Of a stretch of 58,917 nucleotides of DNA, positions 25,493 through 34,370 are shown one piece after another. Location of the stretch: positions 1-58,917 of IMG/VR virus record IMGVR_UViG_3300002307_000004, one strand, 5' to 3'. Numbering within the stretch: position 1 is the first letter of the stretch; each line of letters opens with the position of its first letter. Origin of the DNA: a virus. The position numbers and the translations under genes were made by a program. The notes beneath the pieces are model-generated. The model searched no databases, had not been told where the DNA came from, and was given only the letters and a program-made list of their open reading frames with translations.

Positions 25493-27508
25493 ATGGGGTT
25501 TAGCGAAATCAAAATTAAACCGGGTGTCAACGTTGAGTTTACTCCAACGCTGAACACTGCTGCCGTATCGTCTAGTAATCTAATCAGATTCCGGTATGGA
25601 CTACCGGAAAAGCTAGGTGGCTGGACGAAATACTTCGCGGGTCAGATGCCTTCAACCGTTCGGTGCTTAAACTCATGGGAAGATTTGAACACCAATCTTT
25701 ACCTTGGCATTGGCATGACGGGGAACCTCGCGTACCTGACAGGCGGCAACTACCAAGAGATTACCCCGCAAACTCAAACTGTAGATGTGGCGGTTAACCT
25801 TGATACGACAGCCGGGTCCAATGTTGTTACAATTCACGACACAGGCCGCAATGCCAGCATTTACGATACGGTATATGTCCAAACCCCCATTTCAATTGGC
25901 GGGATCATTATAAAGGGGCTGTACCAAGTTTATGCGTCCGGCGGGGCCAGTTCGTATCAGATACTTGCGGCATCTAATGCAACATCTACCGTTACGACAG
26001 GCGGGGCCGTACCACTTTTCAATACGACAAATGCGTCTCCTATTGTTACCGTTACGCTTGCGAACCACGGGTTTCAAGTCAACGACCGTGCGACATTCCT
26101 TGTTTCGACAACCGTTGGCGGGACCACAATCTACGGCGAATATACCGTCCAGTCCGTGCCGACGACTAACACATTTACCATCAATCTATTCCATCAGGCC
26201 TCGTCTACAACATCCGGCTCGATGAATGGTGGGAACGCGCATTATGTGTACTACATTGGGCAAGGCCCAGCTCTTCCCGGCGTTGGGTATGGTATCCAAG
26301 GTTACGGCGTTGGCGGGTACGGCACGGGTAACCCCCCTGTAACACACACAGGGACTCCTATAACCCAGTTGGATTGGTCGCTGGATAATTGGGGCCAGAA
26401 CCTCATTGCCTGCCCCATGAACGGCCCTATTTACAATTGGTCACCGGAAAGCGGGTTGTTGAACGCTACAATCATTCCGACTGCCCCGCCCGTTAACACA
26501 GGCATGTTTGTCGCGATGCCGGAGCGGCAGATTGTTGCGTATGGTTCCACATTTACGGGTATCCAAGACCCGTTATTAATTCGCTGGTGCGATGTTTCGG
26601 ATTATACAGTGTGGACCGCCACTTCGCAGAATCAAGCGGGTTCGTATCGTATCCCTACTGGTTCTCGCATTGTCGGGGCCATGCAGGCACCCCAACAGGG
26701 TTTGATTTGGACTGATCTTGACGTGTGGTCCATGCAGTACATCCAACCGCCGTTGGTGTACGGGTTTACCAAAATTTCGTCAGGCTGTGGGTTAATCGCT
26801 CAAAAGGCAGTTGCCTCGTTAGGGCCAAATGTTTTTTGGATGTCGCAAAAACAATTTTTCATGATGTCCAGCAATGGGATCACGGCTATACAATGCACGG
26901 TTTGGGATGCGCTGTACCAAAATCTTGATTTGAATAACGTGTACAAAATTCGTGCTGCCGCTAATGCGCAGTTTAACGAAATAGCTTGGTACTATCCATC
27001 ATTGTCCGGCGGCGGCGAAATCAACTCTTACGTCAAATACAACACGCAAGATCAAGTTTGGGACTATGGGTCATTGGCGCGTACGGCGTGGGTAGACCAG
27101 TCGGTGCTTGGCCCTCCTATTGGGTCTGGGTCTGATCGTTACTTGTACCAACACGAAACATCCCCAGATGCTGCTGGCACCGCTATGAATTCCACGTTTA
27201 CGACGGGTTATGCGTCTTTGTCGCAAGGGGAAGACTTTACGTTTGTCGATTACCTAATCCCCGACATGAAATGGGGGTATTTCAATCAAACGCAGACGGC
27301 AAGCATTCAAATCACTTTATACGTCACCAACTACCCGGGTGACACGCCAACCGTGTACGGCCCTTATACCGTGACTCAAGCATCCGAGTATATCAATACC
27401 CGATTCCGTGGTCGTCAAATTGCAATTAAAGTTGAATCTAACGATTTAGGCTCTTGGTGGCGGCTTGGTAACATTCGTTACAGATACGCAGTTGATGGGA
27501 GGCGTTAA
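25493..27508 (+). CDS. tail tubular protein B-like (nozzle, putative)
   Basis: 671 aa. The N-terminus IKPGVNVEFTPTLNTAAVSSSNLIRFRYGLPEKLGGWTKY resembles podophage tubular B proteins. Followed by the ejection-protein cluster. Confidence 0.55.
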   Translation: MGFSEIKIKPGVNVEFTPTLNTAAVSSSNLIRFRYGLPEKLGGWTKYFAGQMPSTVRCLNSWEDLNTNLYLGIGMTGNLAYLTGGNYQEITPQTQTVDVAVNLDTTAGSNVVTIHDTGRNASIYDTVYVQTPISIGGIIIKGLYQVYASGGASSYQILAASNATSTVTTGGAVPLFNTTNASPIVTVTLANHGFQVNDRATFLVSTTVGGTTIYGEYTVQSVPTTNTFTINLFHQASSTTSGSMNGGNAHYVYYIGQGPALPGVGYGIQGYGVGGYGTGNPPVTHTGTPITQLDWSLDNWGQNLIACPMNGPIYNWSPESGLLNATIIPTAPPVNTGMFVAMPERQIVAYGSTFTGIQDPLLIRWCDVSDYTVWTATSQNQAGSYRIPTGSRIVGAMQAPQQGLIWTDLDVWSMQYIQPPLVYGFTKISSGCGLIAQKAVASLGPNVFWMSQKQFFMMSSNGITAIQCTVWDALYQNLDLNNVYKIRAAANAQFNEIAWYYPSLSGGGEINSYVKYNTQDQVWDYGSLARTAWVDQSVLGPPIGSGSDRYLYQHETSPDAAGTAMNSTFTTGYASLSQGEDFTFVDYLIPDMKWGYFNQTQTASIQITLYVTNYPGDTPTVYGPYTVTQASEYINTRFRGRQIAIKVESNDLGSWWRLGNIRYRYAVDGRR

Positions 27509-27520
27509 ATGGCTAATAAC

Positions 27521-28024
27521 CTATCGCCCATAATTGGCAAAATTTCCGTACGTTTCGCTGGAAGCTTTTTTGTATGCCTCGTGCGCTTCTTCTGGCGTAT
27601 TAAAACTGCCGAGGTTTTTGCTTTTGCCGGATATTTTAATCCACGCCCCCCATTTTTGATTGGTCGGAATAAAAGAAACGCCTTTGTAACCAGTTTTATT
27701 AGCGGAAGAAATTTTTCTATTTGCACAATTTTGTTGTTGGGTAACTTTTCTCAAATTATTCATTTTATTGTTAGAGGGGTTACCGTCAATATGGTCAATA
27801 TGTTTTTCTGGCCATTTCCCGGAAATAAACAACCAAGCAAGTCGGTGGGCATTATACAACCTGTAGTCTATACTAATTCTAACGTATCCATTGGGGTGAA
27901 CGCATCCTGCCAGCATCCCCTTTTGCCGTTTGCCGCGTCTATTAATTTTCCATGTAAATTTGCCCGTTTCCGGGTTATATTCCAAAAGTTCGCGAACTCG
28001 GTTAGCCGTAGTTTTGTTTTCCAT
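27521..28024 (-). CDS. HNH homing endonuclease with C-terminal AP2 DNA-binding domain (free-standing, antisense in the structural operon)
   Basis: HIDHIDGNPSNNKMNNLR is an HNH_3 motif. GYKGVSFIPTNQKWGAWIKISGKSKNLGSFNTPEEAHEAYKKA is AP2-like. It is the only minus-strand gene in 36 kb and is visibly AT-richer than its flanks. Confidence 0.85.
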   Translation of the reverse strand: MENKTTANRVRELLEYNPETGKFTWKINRRGKRQKGMLAGCVHPNGYVRISIDYRLYNAHRLAWLFISGKWPEKHIDHIDGNPSNNKMNNLRKVTQQQNCANRKISSANKTGYKGVSFIPTNQKWGAWIKISGKSKNLGSFNTPEEAHEAYKKASSETYGNFANYGR

Positions 28025-28033
28025 TCCCAGTTA

Positions 28034-28052
28034 ATGTCATATAATATGACAT
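28034..28052. promoter_or_regulatory. perfect 19-nt palindrome ATGTCATAT-A-ATATGACAT containing TATAAT
   Basis: Lies 10 nt upstream of the HNH start. On the minus strand it is preceded by a perfect TTGACA (28058..28053). Confidence 0.5.
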
Positions 28053-28072
28053 TTGTCAAATAGGAGGTTACT

Positions 28073-28429
28073 ATCGCTAATCTTGACGACATTTTTACTA
28101 CCGCAAAAAACATTGTTACTGCGTTTAATAGTTTTACGCAATCCAACATTCAATTAAGCGGCAATAGCAATACAACGAACACCTTGCTTGCGGGGACAAC
28201 TACGGTTGTCAAAAACGGGGCTGGGCGCATTGTAACACTAAGCGTTATAGCCCCGGGATCAACAACTGGTTCGATTTACGACACCAACGCCACAAATTTG
28301 GTGGCATCGACTAACATACAGGCGGTTATCCCCAACACATCCGGTCTTTACCCAACCAATATGGTGTTTACAAAAGGTATTGTCGTAACGACTGGGACTG
28401 GTCAAACCGTAGCAATAACCTATTCGTAA
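28073..28429 (+). CDS. virion-module protein, apparently initiating at ATC (or at TTG 28184)
   Basis: The frame opens right after an in-frame TAG inside TAGGAGGT. AGGAGG is followed 5 nt later by ATC. There is no ATG/GTG/TTG before TTG 28184, yet the 37 upstream codons read like protein (IANLDDIFTTAKNIVTAFNSFTQSNIQLSG...). Confidence 0.45.
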   Translation: MANLDDIFTTAKNIVTAFNSFTQSNIQLSGNSNTTNTLLAGTTTVVKNGAGRIVTLSVIAPGSTTGSIYDTNATNLVASTNIQAVIPNTSGLYPTNMVFTKGIVVTTGTGQTVAITYS

Positions 28430-28490
28430 GTGTCTTGGGCAATTACAAAACCTGTAGTATAAAGAAGACATGTAAACCGGAGTTTGAGAA

Positions 28491-29795
28491 ATGGCGGACG
28501 ATACAAATTACTTGATGCGGCTACAAGATTTTTTGACGCATGTGTTGCAGTCAAATAGCCCATCCAAGTCACCTTCGCAGCCCCAGTCAAGCGGGAAGCC
28601 GCAGATTTCTGACACGTCGGGTAATGGCACACGGTCCGATACGTGGGGCAATCCTATGGGCGGTCTTTCCTCGTTTGAGTTATATCACCCAACCGTAACA
28701 GCGTCCGGAATTACTCCGGCAAACACTGCTTCTGCCATGCAGAATGAAGTGGACCGCATTCGTAAAATGCCTACGGGGCCACTGAAACAATCTACCCCGA
28801 CCACAAGCGGTCGCGTTTCTGCCCCCGCTCCAACGCAGGCTAAAACCCCGCAAAGCCCAAACATGTATTACATGGACCCCGGCGATGGCGGTCCTATGCG
28901 TTCTTTGGGCCGTTCATTGCCAAATGGCATGTCTGTCGGGCAGCAACAGGGCGGTGGATACATTTCCGCCGTTCCAATTCCGCAACCGACGACTGGCATG
29001 CAGAAATTTCTCCAAGCGGATTATTCGGGACAAAATCCTGTTGCAAGGCCGCAAGCCAATGTTCCAATGCCTCCGCCTCGTCCCGCCAACTTGGGCCAGC
29101 CAACTCCGCAGCCGCAGACTAGGACTGAAGCCCCTGCAAATAAAGATTACGGTGACCGTACCCCGCCACTTGCCAGACAACAGGCTTCGGCACCTGTTGA
29201 AGATAAAGGGTGGCGTGATTTAGCTTTGGCGAAAAACCAAGAGTTTTCGGATTTGGGGTTAAGTGGTGATAAAGCGGGTGGCAGAATTAACCATGCGCAC
29301 AAAATTGCTAAAGAGAAGGCAACCCCTTGCCACAGCGGTATTATCAACATGGCTGTTGGCGGTCGCACTGACCACATTCCAATGAACGTGCTTGAAGGTT
29401 CGTATGTCCTTCCTGCGGACATTGTTTCCGGTTTGGGTGAAGGCAATACTTTGGCTGGGTCAAAGATTCTGGACAACATGTTCCATTCTTCGCCGTATGC
29501 TACAAAAACACCGGACTTTAAAGCTAATCCTAAATTCCCTTCGGCTCCCCCGATGGGAGGGACTACTACAAACACGCCCGCTCGGGCTATGGGCGGTCGT
29601 TCTATGGCCCCTAAAAGCAAACCTGTTCCAATTGTTGCGGCTGGCGGTGAATACGTTGTTCACCCGGAAACCGTTACACAATTGGGAAAAGGTGATATGA
29701 ATGCGGGGCACGAGTATCTTGATAACTTCGTCAAGTATGTTCGCGCCCATACCGCCAAGACGCTGCAAAATCTACCCGGCCCTCGGAAAGACTAA
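28491..29795 (+). CDS. internal virion/ejection protein (putative), Pro/Gln-rich (434 aa)
   Basis: Position after the nozzle gene. Low-complexity PQ-rich N-half. Contains GGR motifs (AVGGRTDH, AMGGRSM). Confidence 0.5.
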   Translation: MADDTNYLMRLQDFLTHVLQSNSPSKSPSQPQSSGKPQISDTSGNGTRSDTWGNPMGGLSSFELYHPTVTASGITPANTASAMQNEVDRIRKMPTGPLKQSTPTTSGRVSAPAPTQAKTPQSPNMYYMDPGDGGPMRSLGRSLPNGMSVGQQQGGGYISAVPIPQPTTGMQKFLQADYSGQNPVARPQANVPMPPPRPANLGQPTPQPQTRTEAPANKDYGDRTPPLARQQASAPVEDKGWRDLALAKNQEFSDLGLSGDKAGGRINHAHKIAKEKATPCHSGIINMAVGGRTDHIPMNVLEGSYVLPADIVSGLGEGNTLAGSKILDNMFHSSPYATKTPDFKANPKFPSAPPMGGTTTNTPARAMGGRSMAPKSKPVPIVAAGGEYVVHPETVTQLGKGDMNAGHEYLDNFVKYVRAHTAKTLQNLPGPRKD

Positions 29796-29810
29796 AAGGA
29801 GTCAATCTTT

Positions 29811-30272
29811 ATGGAATACGACGTTCAGCTTGCCACCCTACCTATGGCGGAAGAAATAACTGACGTTTTGCTTGAAGGCCGCGATGAGGGGTTCGTATTC
29901 CCCCCTGATCGGGAAATTGTGCTTGAGTTCGTAAAAGACATTATGAACAAAAATGGCGGTTTGCTTGGCGTTATTGTCGGCGAAAGCGGAATAGAAGGCA
30001 TTATTGGCGTTAAACTAGACAAATTCTGGTTTTCTGATCAATGGTATCTTTTTGATTTGTTTACGTTTGTCCACCCCGAATTTCGGCGTTCAACCCGCGC
30101 AAAGTGCTTGCTTGCGTTTGCAAAAAAGTGCGCAAAAGAAATGCAGCTTCCATTGGTAATGGGCATCATGTCCAACATTCGCACGGAAGCAAAATCCCGG
30201 TTGTACGAGCGTCAGTTTGACCGTGCCGGGAACTACTTTGTTTACAATAAAGAAAGTGCTGGAGTGGTATAA
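29811..30272 (+). CDS. GNAT-like acetyltransferase (putative)
   Basis: 153 aa. FTFVHPEFRRSTRAKCLLAFAKKCAKEMQLPL resembles GNAT motif A in context. ATGA-type overlap with the 1365-aa gene. Confidence 0.4.
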   Translation: MEYDVQLATLPMAEEITDVLLEGRDEGFVFPPDREIVLEFVKDIMNKNGGLLGVIVGESGIEGIIGVKLDKFWFSDQWYLFDLFTFVHPEFRRSTRAKCLLAFAKKCAKEMQLPLVMGIMSNIRTEAKSRLYERQFDRAGNYFVYNKESAGVV

Positions 30273-33200
30273 TGGGTGGCAGCAGCGGTTCATCTACATC
30301 GACTTATAGCCCGCCGCCCGAAGTAGCGGCGGCGTATAAACAGTTATTGAGCAACGCTCAACCGTTGTTCACGGCCCCGTATCAGCCATATACCGCTGGT
30401 AAAGCCGAAACCGCGTCTGAAATGGTTCCGCTTACCGTTGCCCCGCAGACCCCTAACCAAGTAGCTGCTGGTCAAAATATCGCGTCTCTAGCGGGGTATT
30501 ACCAGCCATACGCTAATGCTGCTACTGACCTTGTCCAACAGGGTTCGCAACCTATCCAGTTGCAGCAGTTTAACAACCAATCCGTTGGGCAGTATATGTC
30601 CCCGTTCATGCAGAACGTTATGGGATCAACTGTCGCCAACATCAACGAAACCAACGCACAGCAACAGCAACAGGTGCTGGGCAACGCTATAGCCAAAGGG
30701 GCGTACGGCGGTGACCGTGCGGGCATTGCGCAGTCCGAATTGGCTCGTCAACAGAACCTTGCGAACAACGCAACCCTCGCGAACATTGCTAACACTGGGT
30801 ACAACTCCGCGTTGGGCCAGTTTAACGCGATGAACCAGCAAGGTATACAGGCGCAGTTGGGTAGCGGGCAGTTGGCTCAATCTGGCGCGTCAGCACTGGG
30901 TAACTTGGGCACTATGGGCCAGAATGCCGCTTTGCAACAGGCACAAGCCCAATACAACATTGGCGGGGCGCAGCAGCAGCAGAAACAGGCGGAGCTGTCT
31001 ACCGCTTACCAGAACTACTTGAACCAGATTGCGTACCCGTATCAACAGGCGCAATTTGAAGGTGGTCTTATATCCGGCGTTGCATCTGGCTCCGGCGGGA
31101 CAACCACGTCTACTCCAGCCCAGCCCGGTGCCGCAAACCAAATCATTGGTGGTTTGGGTGCGCTTGGCTCTCTTGGCAGTTTGTTTGGCGGTGGCGGCGG
31201 TGCCGCTGGTGCCGCTGGTGCCGCTGGTGCTGGCGGGTTCGGCAGTTTCTTGGGTGGCATTGGTAGTGGCGTTGGTGCCGCCGCAAGCGGCATTGGGGAG
31301 GGATTAGGCGCAGTTATTTCTGCTATTCCTTTTCTCTCCGATGAGCGGGCAAAAGAAAATATTCATCCGGTAGGCAAAACTTTTGACGGGCAAAATATTT
31401 ACAAATTTAACTACAAGGGTGACCGCGCTACTCAGATTGGTTTGATGGCGCAAGAAGTTGAACACCACCACCCTTCCGCAGTGGGCGAATGGCATGGTTT
31501 GAAGACCGTCAACTATGATGCTGCAACAAAAGGCGCGGAACACCGTGGGCACTTTGCGCAAGGCGGCGATGTGCAACAGCAGCAAGGTTTGCTGGGCGTC
31601 AGCCCAATTGCTGGCATGACGGCATCTTCGTATTTGCCAACTGGGCAAAACGCAATGGCAAACCCACATATGCCGCAAGCCCCAACGGGCAAGCATCCAA
31701 ATGATTTTTCAAAAGATCAATTGTCAGATGCCGTAAAAGGCATTCGCACGTTGATGGGCAAGCCGGACCCTTCAGCTAAACCGGATGCCAAAACTGATTC
31801 TCCCCCGCCAGTCCAGCCAATCTCGCCTATCCAGCAAGATGCGTTTGGCGGACGCATTCATCATTACGGGGTTGGCGGCGTTGCTGATGCCACTCCTGAC
31901 GTAAAATCTGCTGCTGCATCTCCCGCCCACTCTGATTCGTTTGATGCTTTGAAAGCATCGCAACAGAAGTATACGCAAACGCTACCAAATGCCGGAGTTA
32001 TTCCAGCACCCCAAACATCAACAGGTGTTACGGGCGGCGCAACCAACGGCACTCCCATAGACTCTAATGCTCAAGCGTTGCATAATCCCGGGTTGGCGCG
32101 AAGCAATTACAGCAATTTGGCAAACAGCGGGAATGCGTCTCTCGCGGACCTTCAAAGCGCGTACGATATCTATATGCGTTCGCATGCTACGCCAGAAGCC
32201 ATTACGCAAGTTCAAATGGGGTCTGGGACACCAACTACGACCGAAGTGGCGTCTTCCGACAACTTTCTCAGCTCCGGCCCCGAAGGTGGCGGGGGTGGCG
32301 GCAACAATGCTTACGGGGGTCGCATTCACCCGCATCATTTTGGTGCTGGCGGCGGCATTTTAAATTATTCCGGGTTGCCCACTAAAAAAACAGTGGAAGA
32401 AGGGGCGCAAAGTGTTATTGGGTCCGGCGCAAGTTATGATCCCACACTGGCGTCCATTGCATCGCAAGATTACTTGCCCGAAGAAAAAGCTGCTCGTGGC
32501 GGCGTGATTGGTCGCGAGCATCATGCTGGCCCAGATGACACTAACGGTCAGAGCAACGTTGTGGGTAACGGTCCAACGCCTGACGAGGTCATTACGCAGG
32601 CTCTTCCTCGCATTAAACAGTTGGAAAGCGGCGGGAAGAACATCCCCAACGCAAGTGGTTCAGCCGCATACGGGCCATACCAGTTTATGCCCAATACTTT
32701 TTCGGGGACCGCACAACGCCATCCGGAATCAGGAGTTGATCCAAACGATCACAAAAACCCCGAAGCGCAAGAAAAACTTGCTCCATTCCACGCCCGTGAT
32801 CTTGCGGAAGCCTACAAAAAAGCAAACCTTCCGTTTGACAACAACGCGTTGCGCATGGGTTGGGCATTTGGTGAACAAGGTGGTCCCGCATTCATGAAGG
32901 GTGCTGCCGCTGATCCCAATGCCCCATCGACAAGTCTTGCTGGTCAAGCCGCCATTAAAGCCAACCCGTCATGGTTCTTTAACCCAGATGGTTCAACCAA
33001 AACTGCGGCTCAGACAATTTCGTTCCTTACGGGCGGCATGAACGGGGCGGCACCACGTGCATCTGCCCCTCAAAGCCAGTCACAGGGGCAGGAACAGCCG
33101 CGCCAAGGCCCAATGCAACTTAACCAAACGGCTACCAAAGAAGGTTTGTCTGGCATGCTGGGCATTTCCATGACAGATAACCAGCGTCTGGCGGCGTTCA

Positions 33201-34369
33201 ATGCGTTTGCAAAACTCGCTGGCACACCCGGCAAGTTTGGGGTTGGCTTGGCTGCTGCCGCAGATACGTATTCCAAAACACTTATGGAAGCAAACAAACA
33301 GCAGCGTGAAGGTTATACCGCCGAAAGCGAAGCAAAACTCCGCGCTGAACAGGCTACATCGCAGCGCGTCAAACAGGAAGGCATGACCACGCAAGTACGT
33401 AAAACCGACCCTGTTACTGGTGCCGTTACTGTTGAAAACCAAATTATCCCTCCCGGACAAACAGCAACGTTTGCTGGGCAGGGCCAAACTGGCTCTGGGT
33501 CTTCCACTGCAACAGGTGCACCTTCGGCCCCGTCTTCCCCTCAAACCCCAAAAGAAATTAACTTGCTTGGGCCTGTTGCTGCGGGCGAAGACGGCACGGC
33601 AAAATTTGATACGTTGCAAAAACTTGCGGATGAAGCACTTAAAACTTATTCCGCCACTCCGGGAGAAGCCCAAAAAATGTATTTTAGCAAATCCGCCGAA
33701 TTGTATGAAAATCAAAAAGCCGCAAACGCATCACGTCCGGATTTGAAATCAGCAATTCAGTCGGTTTCGGAAATGGGTGGCGGCGGCTTAACGGGTGCTG
33801 GCCCGGGGTCTGAATACCGTACGGCAATTGCAAATTACATCAACCTTGGATTGCGCAGTTTTGGTGTCGAAGGCGGGATCAACGAACGCGATATCGCGAA
33901 CAAGCAAGTTCTCGATAAACTTGCAACTATTCAAGCCAACCAAGCTCACGGCAGTAATGCAGCCCGGTGGCTGGATAGCGTTAAAAACGCTTACCCCCAA
34001 ACCGAATTGACCGAACAAGCCGCTAAAAATTTGACTGCATCTTTGATGGTTACCAATACCATGCACAATGATATGGGTAATTTTGCAAACGAGTACGGCA
34101 AAAGAACCTACGGTATGGGGTACAACGTTACGCAGGCGTTCAACCAAGTTAATCCCGCCAATCTTTATTCTCAAGCGAAAGATGATATCGCTCGTTTGAT
34201 GATTGAAAGAAATGGAACAATTCCTACAAAAGACGGTCGTTCTGTTCGCGGAAATCCAGTTTCGGCACTTGCGATGGGAGTTATGACCCCAGAAGAATTT
34301 AACGACTACGCACGGCGCAATGGTTCTAAAATTTCCAATTTGGCCCGGTTTGTAACTGGCGGGGAGTAA
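30272..34369 (+). CDS. giant ejection protein: Gln/Gly-rich N-region, internal S74 chaperone domain, lytic transglycosylase domain
   Basis: 1365 aa. LSDERAKENIHPVG...IGLMAQEVEHHHPSAV...KTVNYD at aa ~355-425. LESGGKNIPNASGSAAYGPYQFMPNTF is an SLT-type catalytic Glu-Ser plus Q.MP..motif at aa ~785. Contains GGRIH repeats. Confidence 0.75.
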   Translation: MGGSSGSSTSTYSPPPEVAAAYKQLLSNAQPLFTAPYQPYTAGKAETASEMVPLTVAPQTPNQVAAGQNIASLAGYYQPYANAATDLVQQGSQPIQLQQFNNQSVGQYMSPFMQNVMGSTVANINETNAQQQQQVLGNAIAKGAYGGDRAGIAQSELARQQNLANNATLANIANTGYNSALGQFNAMNQQGIQAQLGSGQLAQSGASALGNLGTMGQNAALQQAQAQYNIGGAQQQQKQAELSTAYQNYLNQIAYPYQQAQFEGGLISGVASGSGGTTTSTPAQPGAANQIIGGLGALGSLGSLFGGGGGAAGAAGAAGAGGFGSFLGGIGSGVGAAASGIGEGLGAVISAIPFLSDERAKENIHPVGKTFDGQNIYKFNYKGDRATQIGLMAQEVEHHHPSAVGEWHGLKTVNYDAATKGAEHRGHFAQGGDVQQQQGLLGVSPIAGMTASSYLPTGQNAMANPHMPQAPTGKHPNDFSKDQLSDAVKGIRTLMGKPDPSAKPDAKTDSPPPVQPISPIQQDAFGGRIHHYGVGGVADATPDVKSAAASPAHSDSFDALKASQQKYTQTLPNAGVIPAPQTSTGVTGGATNGTPIDSNAQALHNPGLARSNYSNLANSGNASLADLQSAYDIYMRSHATPEAITQVQMGSGTPTTTEVASSDNFLSSGPEGGGGGGNNAYGGRIHPHHFGAGGGILNYSGLPTKKTVEEGAQSVIGSGASYDPTLASIASQDYLPEEKAARGGVIGREHHAGPDDTNGQSNVVGNGPTPDEVITQALPRIKQLESGGKNIPNASGSAAYGPYQFMPNTFSGTAQRHPESGVDPNDHKNPEAQEKLAPFHARDLAEAYKKANLPFDNNALRMGWAFGEQGGPAFMKGAAADPNAPSTSLAGQAAIKANPSWFFNPDGSTKTAAQTISFLTGGMNGAAPRASAPQSQSQGQEQPRQGPMQLNQTATKEGLSGMLGISMTDNQRLAAFNAFAKLAGTPGKFGVGLAAAADTYSKTLMEANKQQREGYTAESEAKLRAEQATSQRVKQEGMTTQVRKTDPVTGAVTVENQIIPPGQTATFAGQGQTGSGSSTATGAPSAPSSPQTPKEINLLGPVAAGEDGTAKFDTLQKLADEALKTYSATPGEAQKMYFSKSAELYENQKAANASRPDLKSAIQSVSEMGGGGLTGAGPGSEYRTAIANYINLGLRSFGVEGGINERDIANKQVLDKLATIQANQAHGSNAARWLDSVKNAYPQTELTEQAAKNLTASLMVTNTMHNDMGNFANEYGKRTYGMGYNVTQAFNQVNPANLYSQAKDDIARLMIERNGTIPTKDGRSVRGNPVSALAMGVMTPEEFNDYARRNGSKISNLARFVTGGE
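31199..31225 (+). repeat. 9-nt in-frame microsatellite (GGTGCCGCT)x3
   Basis: ggtgccgct is repeated three times exactly, encoding (GAA)x3 within a Gly-rich segment. Confidence 0.9.
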
Positions 34370-34370
34370 T

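Noticed and set aside
30331-30345. Fourth copy of the TATACGTA-type box (GCGTATAAACAGTTA) inside the 1365-aa gene
   Set aside because: It lies in the opposite orientation context within coding sequence, with two mismatches and no associated gene start. Probably coincidental.
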